DNA of 64,000 nt. Origin: Bigelowiella natans CCMP2755 (lineage: Eukaryota; Protista; Cercozoa). The position numbers and the translations under genes are program-made. The notes under the pieces are model-generated. The model did not search any database, was not told where the DNA came from, and saw only the letters and a list, made by a program, of their open reading frames with translations. Location: positions 2,460 to 66,459 of the forward strand of contig ADNK01000630.1 in NCBI GenBank assembly GCA_000320545.1, read 5' to 3'. How positions within the stretch are numbered: the first letter of the stretch is position 1; each line of letters begins with the position of its first letter. Shown in pieces: positions 1 through 12,715 of this stretch.

Positions 1-106
1 CACTTACTTCGAAGAACAATAACAATGTAAACACAATATAATTTGTTTGGTGCAGCCTCCCCCATCTTCGTCCTCCTCATCCTCCGCTGGTGGTGGTCTT
101 GATAGT

Positions 107-142
<36 letters not shown>

Positions 143-276
143 GTCATTGATGAGGAACAGGAACACGATGATGCTTTAACTAGTCGAAGAACTTGATCTA
201 CTACTCCTACTACTGTATGTTCTATTTCTACTGGTACGTCAACCCAAAATTCCTGTCGCAATTTGAAATTCCCCAT
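1..276 (-). CDS. 5' part of a spliced gene of unknown function running off the left edge
   Basis: ATG at 276 (MGNFKLRQEFWVD...), divergent from the next gene; GTAAGT donor at the window edge; contains a (CAT)n tract. No family recognised. Confidence 0.35.
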
Positions 277-409
277 CGTTGTCGTCGATTATGTACGTGT
301 TAGTCCGACTTAAAATTATTATCATCATTATTCCAGGAGAGAGGGAGTAGGCTCACCATCCCCTCCCTCCCCCTCTCTCTGCTTCCCATCAACTTCATTG
401 CTACCATTC

Positions 410-1862
410 ATGACGGATGAAAAGCCTAGTTCATCCTCTTCCTCTTTTCCACCCCCCCCCCCCTCCTCCTCCTCTTCATCATCATCGCACATTCGTTATC
501 GGTTGGAGCGGTTATGGGATGCGGCTCAACATTATGTAATGCTCTGCCCTCCCCTCTCAAGGTCGTCTAATGGACAATATGGACATTTAGACATGAGATC
601 AGGTCATTCTATTGTGTACCCCAACGTTGTTTTAGGTGCTACCTTCGACAAATGAGGATATTGGCAAGAAATTCTGGACAAGGCAAGTTTGCTTTTGTAT
701 TTTCATGACGAAGAGAGAGGCGAATTAATTGCTGTCGGAGTAATTGTGGTGTGTTTACAGTCCTTCACCCAACAATAAACTCCCAGTTCTGCACACAATG
801 TAGTTCGCTATTCGTCCCAGGGTACATTTAAGTATTAATCCTCATATTGCAGTGAGTTGTACATCGTGCTGTAAATTGACTACAATGTTTTGATTTTTTC
901 CTGGCACATTTGCCAAAAACTTATAACAAAGGGTGAATTGCAAGGTGAAGGTTCTCGCTCTTAAGCGCGGCCATTGCATGCTCAAGTCTGTTGCAAAGAC
1001 ATCCCCAAAGCCACATCTAATGGTCGTTGCTGTGCAGTAACTTCTATCCAGAAGCTTTATGATCGATGCTTGCCTTAATTCTACCTCCCAGGAATACAGT
1101 TGCAGCGTCTGTAAAACAACATCTACGAAGAGGGCTCTCACCCTAGCGGACCATTTTAAGTAGAAAATCATGAATTTTTAACGACAACAATATTTGATAT
1201 GAGTGAATCTTTCTTAAAGCCGAAAGGAGACTGTGACCAATCGTAGAGCCAAGGAGAAAGAAACAATTAGGAAAAAAAAAAACAAGTAATTTGATTTTCT
1301 TCAAATTAGTGGCAATCTTTGTTGATAAAATATTTTGTGTACGATCTTCTGTATCTATCCATCTGTCTATCTATCTACGTGTGGATGTTGGTGGGTGGTA
1401 GGTTGAAGTCCCTATCAAAGGCAGATAAGAATAATCGTGATCGAAAGGTTCACTTTCGTTGCTGTTGTTATTTAGAACTCATTGTGAATGAAATGGATGA
1501 TCCTAGAAGTGTTATTTTGATCTCTAGTTCTCATTCGCTGCAGCTAAATCAATGAAATCAGATAAACAGGTTACGTGGTAGAAACAGACATCTGATAAAA
1601 CAAATAATGTACGTGTGTTTTATTGTTAGGGAGTTGCAAACCCTGCATTGGTGGAAGCGAAGCAAAAACTTGCAAGTTGTTTGTTTCCTTAAGAAGATAC
1701 GTAGTTAATAATTCTTGACTTATGACATATCCATCAGGGAAAAGAAGACGCAAAAAAGGATCTTCGTTGCAAGATCGGGTCGCTGCTGCATTTGGAAAGA
1801 AAAAAGAGGAAGATAGTGGAGGGAGCGACCTTTATCACCTTCTGAATATGTTCAATAATTAA
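410..1862 (+). CDS. Rpr2/Rpp21/SNM1-family RNase P/MRP subunit-like zinc-binding protein (multi-exon)
   Basis: Hand-joined exons: RYRLERLWDAAQHY-VLPSTNEDIGKKFW (cf. RPP21 RLNFLYQAAHCVL), SCTSCCKL (CxxC), VNCKVKVLALKR, EYSCSVCKT (second CxxC), then a basic tail ending ...DLYHLLNMFNN* near 1862. Some junction phases are unresolved. Confidence 0.55.
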
Positions 1863-1990
1863 TACATGTACATTTTAGTTTTACATCAGGCTCATGTTAG
1901 AAAATTTATGATGCTGTGTTGAATCCTGAGCATACCATCCGTGCGAAATCGAGCCTACTTTGGTACACAAGTTCTACTATGCTTCAGGAA

Positions 1991-2317
1991 ATCAGCTATG
2001 ATGCACGCACCCATTATGCCGTCGCGGGCTAAGTACCTTAAGTTCACGTGGCAATGTGCACGCTTGTACGTGATTGCAATTTTGAGCTAGGTTTCGATGA
2101 TAAGGCATCATTATTGGGGACGCAACTTTGCGTTTCAAGCGCGGAAACTCAAATTGCGCCTCCCGCTGGCACAGGAATTTGGACAGAATTGGTGCACGAG
2201 GCGTCCTGAACAGACGCGATGTCCATGTTGTCACGCATGTGCATGTGTGCATGTGCACATGTGCATGATCAGCTGTGATGCACGCACCCATTACACCGTC
2301 GCGGGCTGAGTACCTCA
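1991..2317 (+). repeat. 50-bp imperfect direct repeat (1991-2040 and 2268-2317)
   Basis: atcagctAtgatgcacgcacccattaTGccgtcgcgggctAagtacctTa versus atcagctGtgatgcacgcacccattaCAccgtcgcgggctGagtacctCa; 45 of 50 positions identical. Confidence 0.95.
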
Positions 2318-3080
2318 TCATGGAAATCCTCCAAAATCCTCTGTCTTCAATGTGCGAGATGGCGGATGGATTTCTTTCTGTTCAAGACTTGAGTTTCTCA
2401 AGATGTTTCTGGTGTGTTTTTCCCTTGAGTTCTTGGGTAGTTCGAGGCACTGCATTTCGCACACTGCACGAAGCAAAAACATTGACCTTCATCGTGCTGT
2501 GCACGGGCAACAAGCTTCTTCCGTGCATCAGCTGTGCATCGCAATGTTGTTCGTCCCATCGTGCAATTGCAGCACCCGCCAAAGCTGTGCACTCAATCGT
2601 GTCAGGTCGTGCACGATCCCACGTGTGCATTGTGCAACTTCAATGATTTCTTTCTCTTCCGCTTTGAATCGAACGTGCGGTTGTCCAGATTGATCGCAAG
2701 TTCTTCTCCTGCGAAGAACTCAGCTGTGTGTCGTGGCTTCATCACCTGCCCTAGTGCCGAATCTGTGCACGAATTCGTGCATGTTCATCAGGTGTGCGTC
2801 TTCGTGGGCCTGCTTCAAAAAGCTGGAATGGAATCAAGAACGATGGCAGCCGGGACTGGCCAGCTGGGGAAGAACAAGGCCGTGTGTGATCAGTGCGCAT
2901 GCTGTGATGCTGTGTTGAAATTTGCATGTGTGCGCACGTGCATGTGCACATGCATGCACATGTCTAGATGTGCATGCTATAATGCACACGATCGAAATGG
3001 GAAGCGCTGCTGCTTTTTTCACTGCACACATGGCGCTGCGATGTGTAGCAAAAACTTCAAAGCCCAAGCTTGTCAAGGCT
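2120..3080. other. TpA-depleted, TG/CA-rich intergenic tract
   Basis: Hand count for 2441-2960 finds a single TA, and it lies in CTAG; TGCA/CATG/CACA are abundant and CpG is retained. Confidence 0.9.
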
Positions 3081-3511
3081 AGCTAGAAGGGATGTTTTTC
3101 AAGCTACGACGCACATAGCGCTCCGATCCTTTCATGCCATGTGCTATTTTTATTGTCCATCCTATAATCCAGTCCGCGATGATCGCGCCACAAATTAATA
3201 GGGGGCAGCATGTCATGCCATGCTACGTGCGCAAGAAAGCTGTTTTTGCAAAAACACACGGAGAGAGCAACTTTTGTAATATGGCCACTCTGACGAATAG
3301 CTACATCGGAACATCGGAGCACCACGATCACTAAAGGTCGTACTTGTAGCATAGTAGTAGTGATAGTATGATGGTGGTAACTATGATGGGGACTGATGAA
3401 ATGCATTTAATTCTCTATGTCGAAGAATGATTGTTGTCTTCGAGTCGATTAGAATCAGCAAATGGTTCGCAATTTGTGACAGTACATACAATACGAATCC
3501 TGTTGGGAATT

Positions 3512-4582
3512 TCAAGTTGAAGTAGTGCTGCATGAGATTTCATTTGTAAAATTAATTGGTAGTTGGTGCTTCATTTGGTTTTGATTTTGGCAGCCTAATG
3601 TTTGCCTTTCCTTATTGCTAGTTTAAAGAAATAACGCCATGATGCACGAATATTTAAACATTGGAGTTGTTAGGGTTTCTATAGTCCTCGATGTCCATTT
3701 TTAGCCTGTGATCCTGAATCCTTGATATTAGCTTTGCCTGCAATTGTCACTGGGTTACCATTAAGAAATAGCTATGCTTGAAAGCGGTACCTTATTTCCT
3801 GATGATGCAAGTCCGAATTTTTGCAAATATCCGCGAAGGTGGAGTATGTTCCTTTCTTTTAGTCGTCCGAATTCAATGTGATCCACACTTGTGTAGTCCA
3901 CAAACTGAAGGGGAAAATGTTCCATAATAAGGTTCATGTATCTGAAGAACAAATCTTTTTTATAACACACATACATTGACTTCGTTTTGCTTTCCTTCAT
4001 TCATAAAGGCGACGAATCCCTTGAGCCCTTTCGCTGAAAATGTTCCAATTTGGAATTGATCAGCAATGCCAACAAAATCTTTGGTAGAAGCTTACCGTTG
4101 ACAGGTCTTGAGAAAACTTTCCTTCTTTTCCTTTTTCTTTTGGAAGTCTGGGTTTCTTCGTTCTCCTTGTTGCTTCTAATAATTATCAATGTAAAAATTT
4201 TAACACATCCATTTAACATTTCGGAGTTATCACGTACCGCTTCATTCTCCTCGAATGCCGTATGTCCTCAGTCTTTTTTTGTCCCAAAAGCCTCACTAAG
4301 AAATCGTCGTCGTTGAAGCTGACTTCCTTATATTTTTCTGAAACCAGGATTATCATTTTTATCATGAACAAATCGCGAGCATGATATTTACCACAACCTG
4401 CAGAATCAACGCTGCTGCTCACGTACACTGGGGTCTCCAGCTAAAAAGAAATTGAAAATTGTCAGCTCAACTCCAAAAGTCAATTCGGCATTGTGTCTTA
4501 CTTCCCATGGGCGCGGTTTAATCTCGGTGAGGACTCCACGGGCAGGGAGATCGCAGAGGAAGCTTCTTTCTTCTGTTGCCAT
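3512..4582 (-). CDS. DDA1 (DET1/DDB1-associated)-like N-terminal domain plus C-terminal SAP domain protein
   Basis: Exons MATEERSFLCDLPARGVL...WE / LETPVYVSSSVDSA / EKYKEVSFNDDDFLVRLLGQKK match the DDA1 pattern (FLxxLP..VY..L+R.L). SAP motif LKERNILHLRGYLQKFGLASSGNK-AKLISRIQDH. GT-AG introns. Confidence 0.65.
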
Positions 4583-5162
4583 TGGAGCTCTCGGTTTCTG
4601 AAGTGGGATAGGGTGGAATTGGAGGGAAGCAGTTTGCTAATAATGTGCGAATTAATCATGATGTTTTCCGAAGAATTCGACCAGCAGTCGCTTATTTAAA
4701 TTTGAACGCATTTCTCTTATGTTTTAATTGTTCATAACAAGTTATGTGAAAAATCCTTGGAGACCAAAAATTCTCCATCATTTCACCAAACATGACTGTT
4801 CACATGCACCAACAACAAACAACAATAACAACAACAACGACAACAACAACAACGACAATAACGACAACTCCAAAGCAGACTCCATGCGAATCTACTAGTC
4901 TAGGTGTAACCAACATAGCTGGGAAGTCAAGGGCGCGAAAAGAATAGCTAACTAACTAACTAACTAGGGCTGCGGTCAGTCGTCATCATTATCATCATCG
5001 TTATCATCATTATCATCAATTATCATCATCATAACACATTTAAAAAATATTGACAGTATTCGTCTAGACCGATCTAGCGTCACGATGTTCCTGTCATAAA
5101 AGGGAGGGGAGACGCTAATTGGCGGTCGGGGTTTCGTTTTGAACAGCGAAGGATGATCAAAA

Positions 5163-5202
5163 ATGCGCTCAGGAAGCGCCGCAAGCCTAGAGCAGGTAAA
5201 TG

Positions 5203-5241
<39 letters not shown>

Positions 5242-6295
5242 CCATTTACCTATGTATATAAGAGATTAACAGACACCTTGCGTTCAATAGGCGATTCGAT
5301 TTCTGATCGTAAAAAGTCCACTCGCGCTAGCAAGGACCCTTTTGCTTTCTTCGGGATAGTTGGATTGGCTGCAGCTCTTTTTGTCATATCATTCATGGTA
5401 TGACTATTATCGCACTCAATTAACTTTTGGACGAGATTAGGCAACAAATGATGTTTTGCACCAGTCGTTTTGGCATGCAGTAACTCAACTTGTTTATCAC
5501 TTATGTTGTTTTAGGGGTACAGAGTTGTAGCGAAACCCAAAGACACCTTCTTGGATCCAAGGTAGTGTTGAGATTTGTTTATGCATTTCTAGCAGCTGAA
5601 TAGTATCGTAATATTGCTGCTACTGTGCTTCGCCTATAGGTGGCGTTTCTGGCAGCTACAAACTGATAAGTCAGGAACAGCATCCTGTATGCAAATAACG
5701 AAGAAGATAGATTTTTGTCAAGCAAGAGATGTGGGGGGAGGCGTAACTTGTCAACAGGATGATCATCATGCTGGATTTATGATGTGTGAGATCCAACAAC
5801 CTACGCTGAAGAAACTGCCTTCAGCTGTTGATGCTACGGTATGGCTTTGTTGTTGTTTAAATGAGTTAATCTACATGGCGACTCGAAAAAGAAAATCAAC
5901 CTAACACACCCGCATTCATATATTATTCTAAAAATTAAAGTGTGCTTAGCGTGTGCTTAACTGACTTGTACTGCATAATACTTAGGGCATGCTTTTGGGA
6001 GGGGCAGTAGAAACATCATCTTGTAAACGAAACTCAGTTCCGCTTGGCAAAAACGTGAAAGCAATGTGCCCACGAAAGGCGATTCAAGCCGCTTTAAAGT
6101 CAGCAACAGCAAGAACTAAGCTGCTTCCCGCTAAATGCAAATCATCCCTTCCAGAAGGTGGACAACAAGGGGACAACGACGTTGGGATTTTAATTGTTAT
6201 GGATCCAACATCTAGCAGGACAATGATGATGTTGCGAAGTGCAGTTGAGAGTCATCGTGGTAAAAAGAAGGGAGGAAGAGGAGACGATAAATCAA

Positions 6296-6326
<31 letters not shown>

Positions 6327-8076
6327 GGGACTCTTGCTTCGATCTAGTCAAGCTTTTTTGGAAGACATATTCATTGTGCTCTCAGCTAGGGAAAAATCAT
6401 CCTTATCATCATCATCATCATCATCATCATCATCTGCTACACCACCTCTCCCTGCATTCACGGTTGCAATAGTAGGCGCCGGGAAGGCACAGGAGACTAT
6501 GATTAGCATGTGGAACAAGATCGGGAAAAGGATTCCTGGCTTCAAAGCTGCTGTTTCAGAGTCTGGTCTCCTTAACAGCTCCCCAGATGGAAGAGCTACC
6601 AGCAATAGTGCCTCCTCCTCCTCCTCCTCCTCCTCCTCCTCCTCCTCCTCCTCTACGAGTATAAGAAGCGATGAAGAAGTTGGTATATGGTGCTGGCAGT
6701 CGATAATATATTTGCCAATGACTCCTCGTGTCTCTCCTCTTGTGAAGATGCAAGACCAAGACACTGCAGCACATTGCATCAATACCGATCCCGTCATGAT
6801 GTTAATGTCTAATAGCTTAGCGACAACAATAACAACAACACCAATGATGGCGAAGAACTCCCCGTTATCTTCTGGAGGAGGAAGTACTGATGATTATCTC
6901 AAGTATGAATCTGCGGATGCATATGCTGGGAATGATTATGGGCGTCCAATGGGGATAAGGAGAGGAGGAGGAGGGGACAGTAACAACGCCTTGGAAAAAT
7001 GCAAAAGGTGGTGCTCTGACTCTCAGTTGTGCACGGGATTTAGCCTCTTCCAAGGCATCTGCTACTTCCGCAACCAGAAGGACTTGGTAGTAGTAATATT
7101 AACCATGAACGCCTCCAGCCGTACTACTCTTAATAGTAGTAGTAGTAGTAGTATAAATTTAGTATTCATGATTAGTTAACTAAGAACCTCTCTTCTTATT
7201 ATTATTCTTCTGTTGTTGTTGTTGTTGTGTTCCGTATCAAGGAATCCAAGAAGGAGTTTACAGCGGGCGCTGATTTATATATATTAACACATAGAGCTGC
7301 TGGTTCTTCTTCTTCTTCTCCGTCATTATTGCATGTTGCTGACAAATTCTTGGGACAAAAGGATATTGAAGGAGCACTCGGTGGTCAAAGTCAATATTAT
7401 AACCTGCAAATCCTATCAGTTGATGATGATGAAGAGGAATACGTTCACGCACTCTCTTCCTCCTCCTCCTCCTCCTCATTAACTACATCGATCGAGCAGT
7501 TTGCTGACACCTTATTGGAAAAAGGGGACATTGTCACAATAAGCGGGAAATCTGGACTTCTGTTTCCATCTCTCCCCTTGCTGCTTAAGCCTTGCTCAAT
7601 CCTCATAGTTTTAACACCACCCAACGATCGAGGTGAATATCAAGATATAGCGATGATACCCCTCACAAGGTAAAGAAGAAGGAGAAGAAGAAGAAAGAAG
7701 AAGAGAAGAAGGAGGACAGCGGAAGAAATTATATGAATAATATTATTTGCTGATAATCTGATTATACGAAGACAAAAAGGAATATATTTCTGCACTCACA
7801 AATTCACCACCACACTGTTGTTCTCCTCCTTCTCCTCCTCTCCCCCCCCCTCCTCCTCCTCCTCCTCCTCCTCCTCACACAGACAGTTGAGGCCTGACGT
7901 GACTATTCTCACTGCAAGCTGCTGCTCTCCAAAGACCATGATCCCAGCTCTTAAAGATGCTAAGAACATATATCGTGGACGTAACGATCATCATCGTTGT
8001 GGTGTAGGAGGAGGAGGAGGAGGAGGAGGAGGAGGAGGAAGTGATGGTGGAGGCGGATTCCCCCGCACTACTACTG

Positions 8077-8107
<31 letters not shown>

Positions 8108-8372
8108 CCCCGTCATCGTCGCAAACGAAGGGATCGATTCTTCTCCTTCCAGAGGAGGAGGAGGAAGAGAAAGTACAAATATGATGATGACGCGGGGAAT
8201 AGAGCATCCAGAGAGTATGGGTAGCATAACTGCAGGGGTAGCAGGAGACATCGTCAAATTCGTTGGCACCACTACTACTACAAGAGGTGAGTCACTGACT
8301 TTGTGAATAATAATACGCAGTATGTATGTATGTATGTATGTATGCATGCAGCAGGTAGTACCAAAACACACA

Positions 8373-8436
<64 letters not shown>

Positions 8437-9080
8437 AGGCACGCAACAGCATATGTCAGATCCAAGATGTTGTCATCATCAATGTTGACGTAGTAGTAGT
8501 TGTAGTAGTAGTAGTAGTAGGTAGAGGAGGTGATCATACTGAAATTAACAAACTACTCTATCATCAGCAGATGGCCAGCAGCACAGATTAGGCGTGATCG
8601 TTCCTTTTCGTGACTCCTCAAACAACCCCACTTCACAAGGAGCTGACCGAACCAAAAATCTTAACGAATTTGTCCCCTTCATGAGCACCTTCCTTTCGAA
8701 AGCGGTGCGTTATTGTGTTTTTGCTCTCTCATCATCACCGCCATCATCATCATAATGGTGGAAAGTGTTGTTCCTAATATCTTTTGTTTTATAATCGTGA
8801 TTGTTGTTGTTGTTGTTGTTATATTCAGGGTGTTTCATTCGAGATAATTGTGGCCGAGCAGACACAAGGACGAATTTTCAACAAGGGGGCTATGTTTAAT
8901 GCGGGATATATTCTTGCTCATGATCGTGTGGACTATATCGTATTGCATGACGTCGATCAAGTTCCTGAAAATCCAAAGAATAACTACGCGTAATAGCAGC
9001 ACTAGTAGTAGCAGTTAGTAGTAATCATTAATGATACTACTAGTAGGACGAAGAACTAACTGCTGTAGTACATAAACACA

Positions 9081-9114
<34 letters not shown>

Positions 9115-9327
9115 CAATGAGCCCGACGATGATGATAAATAGGTATCCGATGCGTCCAACGCATCTTTGTGCAGCATCTTCTCAGTGGAATTATAGGCCC
9201 TCTTACGGACAGATGGTGGGAGGGGCCATCATCATGCAAAACAAACAGTTAATGGCTGCCATTATCTCTCCCATCCACCATCTGTGTATTATTCATATTC
9301 TTAATGATAAAATTATTGTACTACTCT

Positions 9328-9375
<48 letters not shown>

Positions 9376-10179
9376 ATATCGTCAAATGTTCATGCGTGCA
9401 TACATTTGTGTGCTAGTAGTGACGTAGTAGTAGTATTAGGAGGGAGAGGAGGAGGAGAATAATCGAATAGTAGCATTGATTGTCTTTGACCCTAATAAGC
9501 CTCCCCATGTTACTACTACTACCACTCTACAGCTACGAGAAAGTCAACGGATTTAGCAATTATTACTGGGGATGGGGCCAAGAAGACGATGACTTTTACT
9601 TTCGGCTCTCTAATAGCGGTTTCATGCAGGGCGGAGATAGGCTTTCACCCGCTATCGGAAGGTGCTATTCCTGATAATCATGTTAACAGCACGTTACTAC
9701 CGTTAGCTGCTGCTTTAAATGAGAAAAAAAATATGGTCTTGAAGAAGAAGAAGAAGAAGAAGCTGACTTACTGGAAGCCATCCAGCATTTGCTGCTAATC
9801 ATTTTTTTGCCACATGCATGTGTACAACTTACAGAGTGGTGCTTTTCTCACCTAGCAGTGTATTTGTCTTGTGAGAGAAACTCAAAAGATTATGGATATG
9901 TGGTGTTTCATGTTGCATACTCATGGTAGATACCGAGCTCTTTCGCACAAAAGGGTCAAGGATTTAGATGTTACACCGATGTTTAAGCGGCAAAGGAAGC
10001 ATCTAGATGCAACGATCCATGGGCGCAAAATACCCGAAGAGGGCTTGCGAAGTCTTGAGTTTAAGTTAGTCGGTGAACCTATATATGATGCTCCGAAAGG
10101 GTGCGTGAGGTACCTCATCGATCTTCAATTACCGTGGATGCCAAGAACTCTGGATGAAAAACCGCCACCTGGCTATTGA
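5163..10179 (+). CDS. Type II membrane glycosyltransferase: degenerate GT61-like region and PAN/apple-like module followed by a C-terminal GT7 (beta-1,4-galactosyltransferase, B4GALT7-like) domain
   Basis: N-terminal TM FAFFGIVGLAAALFVISFM. GT7 motifs in exons 8570-10179: LGVIVPFRD, FNKGAMFNAG, LHDVDQVP, VGGA, YEKVNGFSNYYWGWGQEDDDFYFRL, YRALSH. Cys module EKCKRWCSDSQLCTGFSLFQGICYFR. Could be two genes. Confidence 0.8.
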
Positions 10180-11002
10180 TTATTCTATCGTGTCGTCGTT
10201 GTCACGTAGTGGCTAATGCTTTGTGGAATAATAATGCTGCCCACTTATCATATCCATACATACAGGATTACTAGAGATCTTCAACATCGATGTGACATGC
10301 GACAGCAATGTCGTGCTACGCTTATCATGTTGCGTGTCTTCTATCTGTCATGCGTCGCAAAGCAGTTATAAATGGCCGCGACTATAAGCCACAAATGCAA
10401 CCATGTGGATGCGTGTAGCTATAGTCGCACTTCATCGATGGTCTGTCCAATATGTAAATATATGCAAGGTACAATGGCTGCCGTTCTAGCTAGTGTGGTG
10501 CGTCACACAGTGTGCATCTATGGCACACATCGCAATCGCCTAGCACGTGTAATTGTTTTATGGATGTACGTATATTGTGTGGTGCCGCATGTGTACGTCT
10601 TATCATGCATCCATTGCAATGGTCATGGCACAGCTAGACAGCTAGACAGTAGCACATTATGATAGACATGTAATGCTGTGTCTATTATCATTGCATGGAA
10701 TGGACGTGGCCGTATAACGCTTCTGTATATATATAAGCAGTACGATAATATATAGCAGAACCGAGCGCACCGCGCTAGACCGGATTCGCATGGCGTATTA
10801 TGTTCATAAAAGCAGTGCACTGTGCATCGATATTGGGGTTTGCACGCTACTGAGCTAGCTAGCTAGTGAGCTACATAAATGACAATGGAGACATGATTAT
10901 TTATTAAACCTACTTCCGGTGATTCGTTGAACATACAGCAGCATATGCGTACACTTCAGACTGTACATGACATATTACAAATAATGATTTGTTTGTCAAC
11001 GT

Positions 11003-12167
11003 CTACGTCAAAGGATTTTCATCATTCAATGTGATTGCCGAAACCTGTAGCCCTCCTCGTGTCAAACAACTGTAAGTGCTTGATAAGACACTACAGTAAT
11101 CATCTTCGTGAACCCCCCTGCAACTGCTCGATCTTTTTATCTTTCAGCCGGAGAAGCTGCTCGAGCTTCTGAACTTTCATTTGTAGAATCTACATGAATG
11201 TGCCAAATATTAATGGAGTGCTCAATATATTACGTATGTGGTTAAATGTATACCGCTACGGTCTCTCGCAAGTCTTCGATTGTGTTATCCTTTTCATCTA
11301 AAAGACTCTGTGCATTTGGGAAAACTTGAGCCCTGCTACCAGCTCCTCCTTGCATTGCCATTCTAGGTTGTGTAGATGCTGCTATTCGAGCTCCACTATT
11401 AAACAAAAGATAGATTAGCATGAATATTACGATCTGAAACCGATATGCTGTGACTTACGAAGTTCCCTTTTGCTCTCTAACAGATTTCTTTGGCCTTGAA
11501 ACTTCTATATACGTAACAAAATCAAGATGTGTGTCACACAATACTATAATCATTTAACTACTTTGTTCAGTTGATCTTTTCTTCGCCTCAATCTGTAGAT
11601 GTGAATATACAACAAATTATGTCATATTGTCCTTCTTGACCGAATCGTCGCGAAATAGTACACACAACTACCTTTGCCTTCAACCCTTGCAAACACCTCT
11701 CTATTGCACCCTTTTGACATGTAACAATTTTCCGGATTTCGTCCGACGGAATTTCAAATTTGAATAGTTTCCGAAGCACTTTTCCTGAATATTAGATAGA
11801 ATTATACCTACTCGCAGTTGCAGGCTAAGAATGCAAAATGATGTCCCATTACTGTTTAAGGTATTCCAATTCACGGTCTTTTTGCTCATAGCATTCGTAG
11901 ATATGTAGTTGTGCAAATCCACTTTGGCAGGGAAGAAATGATGAACTACTTCTGATAGTAGAACTGTATGATGAATAAAAACAATTGTCATGAATAAGGT
12001 GATGCTGTTGTTATCTGAAATTAAAGTAATAGATACTAATTCAATCAACCTGCATCACTGAAATCCCTTGCAATATTCTTTTTTGGTCGAGACAATGGGA
12101 TCTCATCAATCCAGCAGTAGACATCCTGAAAATCGCCACCACTCATTTGATGATCCTCTGAATGCAT
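11003..12167 (-). CDS. SPEF1: Sperm flagellar protein 1 / CLAMP (calponin-homology domain plus C-terminal coiled coil)
   Basis: VYCWIDEIPLSRPKKNIARDFSDA, EVVHHFFPAKVDLHNY, KTVNWNTLN-RKVLRKL, and C-terminal EKDNTIEDLRETVAILQMKVQKLEQLLRLKDKKIEQL. Confidence 0.92.
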
Positions 12168-12715
12168 AAGCAAAGGGGGAATTAGTAACCGGTGTGGAGA
12201 AAATACTGAGAAGGCTGACGTTGCACGGCGCTTCGAGGGATTGAAATCGAAACAATTCTAAGGGTATCGCTAAAGCCTCCCAACCTCATATATCTTCTTC
12301 TCTCTTCCTCTTCTCCTCTCTCCTACCACCTCTTCCTTGTTATGTATTACGACTATCGTACAGAGCAGTTTCGAGTTGTTATTAGAGCAACAACAACGGT
12401 CCCTAATTTGAGTCTTAAAAAGTAGTGGCTCGAGAGAGTTTTTACAAAGTCAGAATACATAAATGTATGCTATTTCTTGAGTGAGACTCCAAATATTTGC
12501 ACTTTCTTGCGAGTGCTCCAGATTCAAGGATGCGACAATGAATTTGAGATAAGGTTCATGTCGCAGGTGCTAAAACCCCCTGCTTCGACTATCACCAAAA
12601 GGAAATATTTGAAAATTTAAACAGCAAGTATGTTTCCTCCCCCCCTTGCTAGACCAATCCATAATGCATTTCATTTGGGGTACATTTAACCGATCACATG
12701 AATCGTTGCAACTAG

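Noticed and set aside
1571-1753. Minus-strand ORF with a UBX-like 'LLFPDG' motif
   Set aside because: It is antisense to the last exons of the plus-strand Rpp21-like gene, and the match is too short.
1991-2317. The 50-bp direct repeats as LTRs of a retroelement
   Set aside because: Too short, with no TG...CA termini, primer-binding site, target-site duplication or internal coding region evident.
1991-3080. CpG-methylation decay or classical RIP as the cause of TG/CA richness
   Set aside because: CpG remains common (cgcg, tcgt) and TA is lost rather than gained, contrary to both processes.
2097-3406. Numerous overlapping Cys/His-rich ORFs on both strands (also at 41.5-42.6 kb)
   Set aside because: An artefact of TpA loss, which removes TAA/TAG stops and inflates TGY/CAY codons; no coherent protein family.
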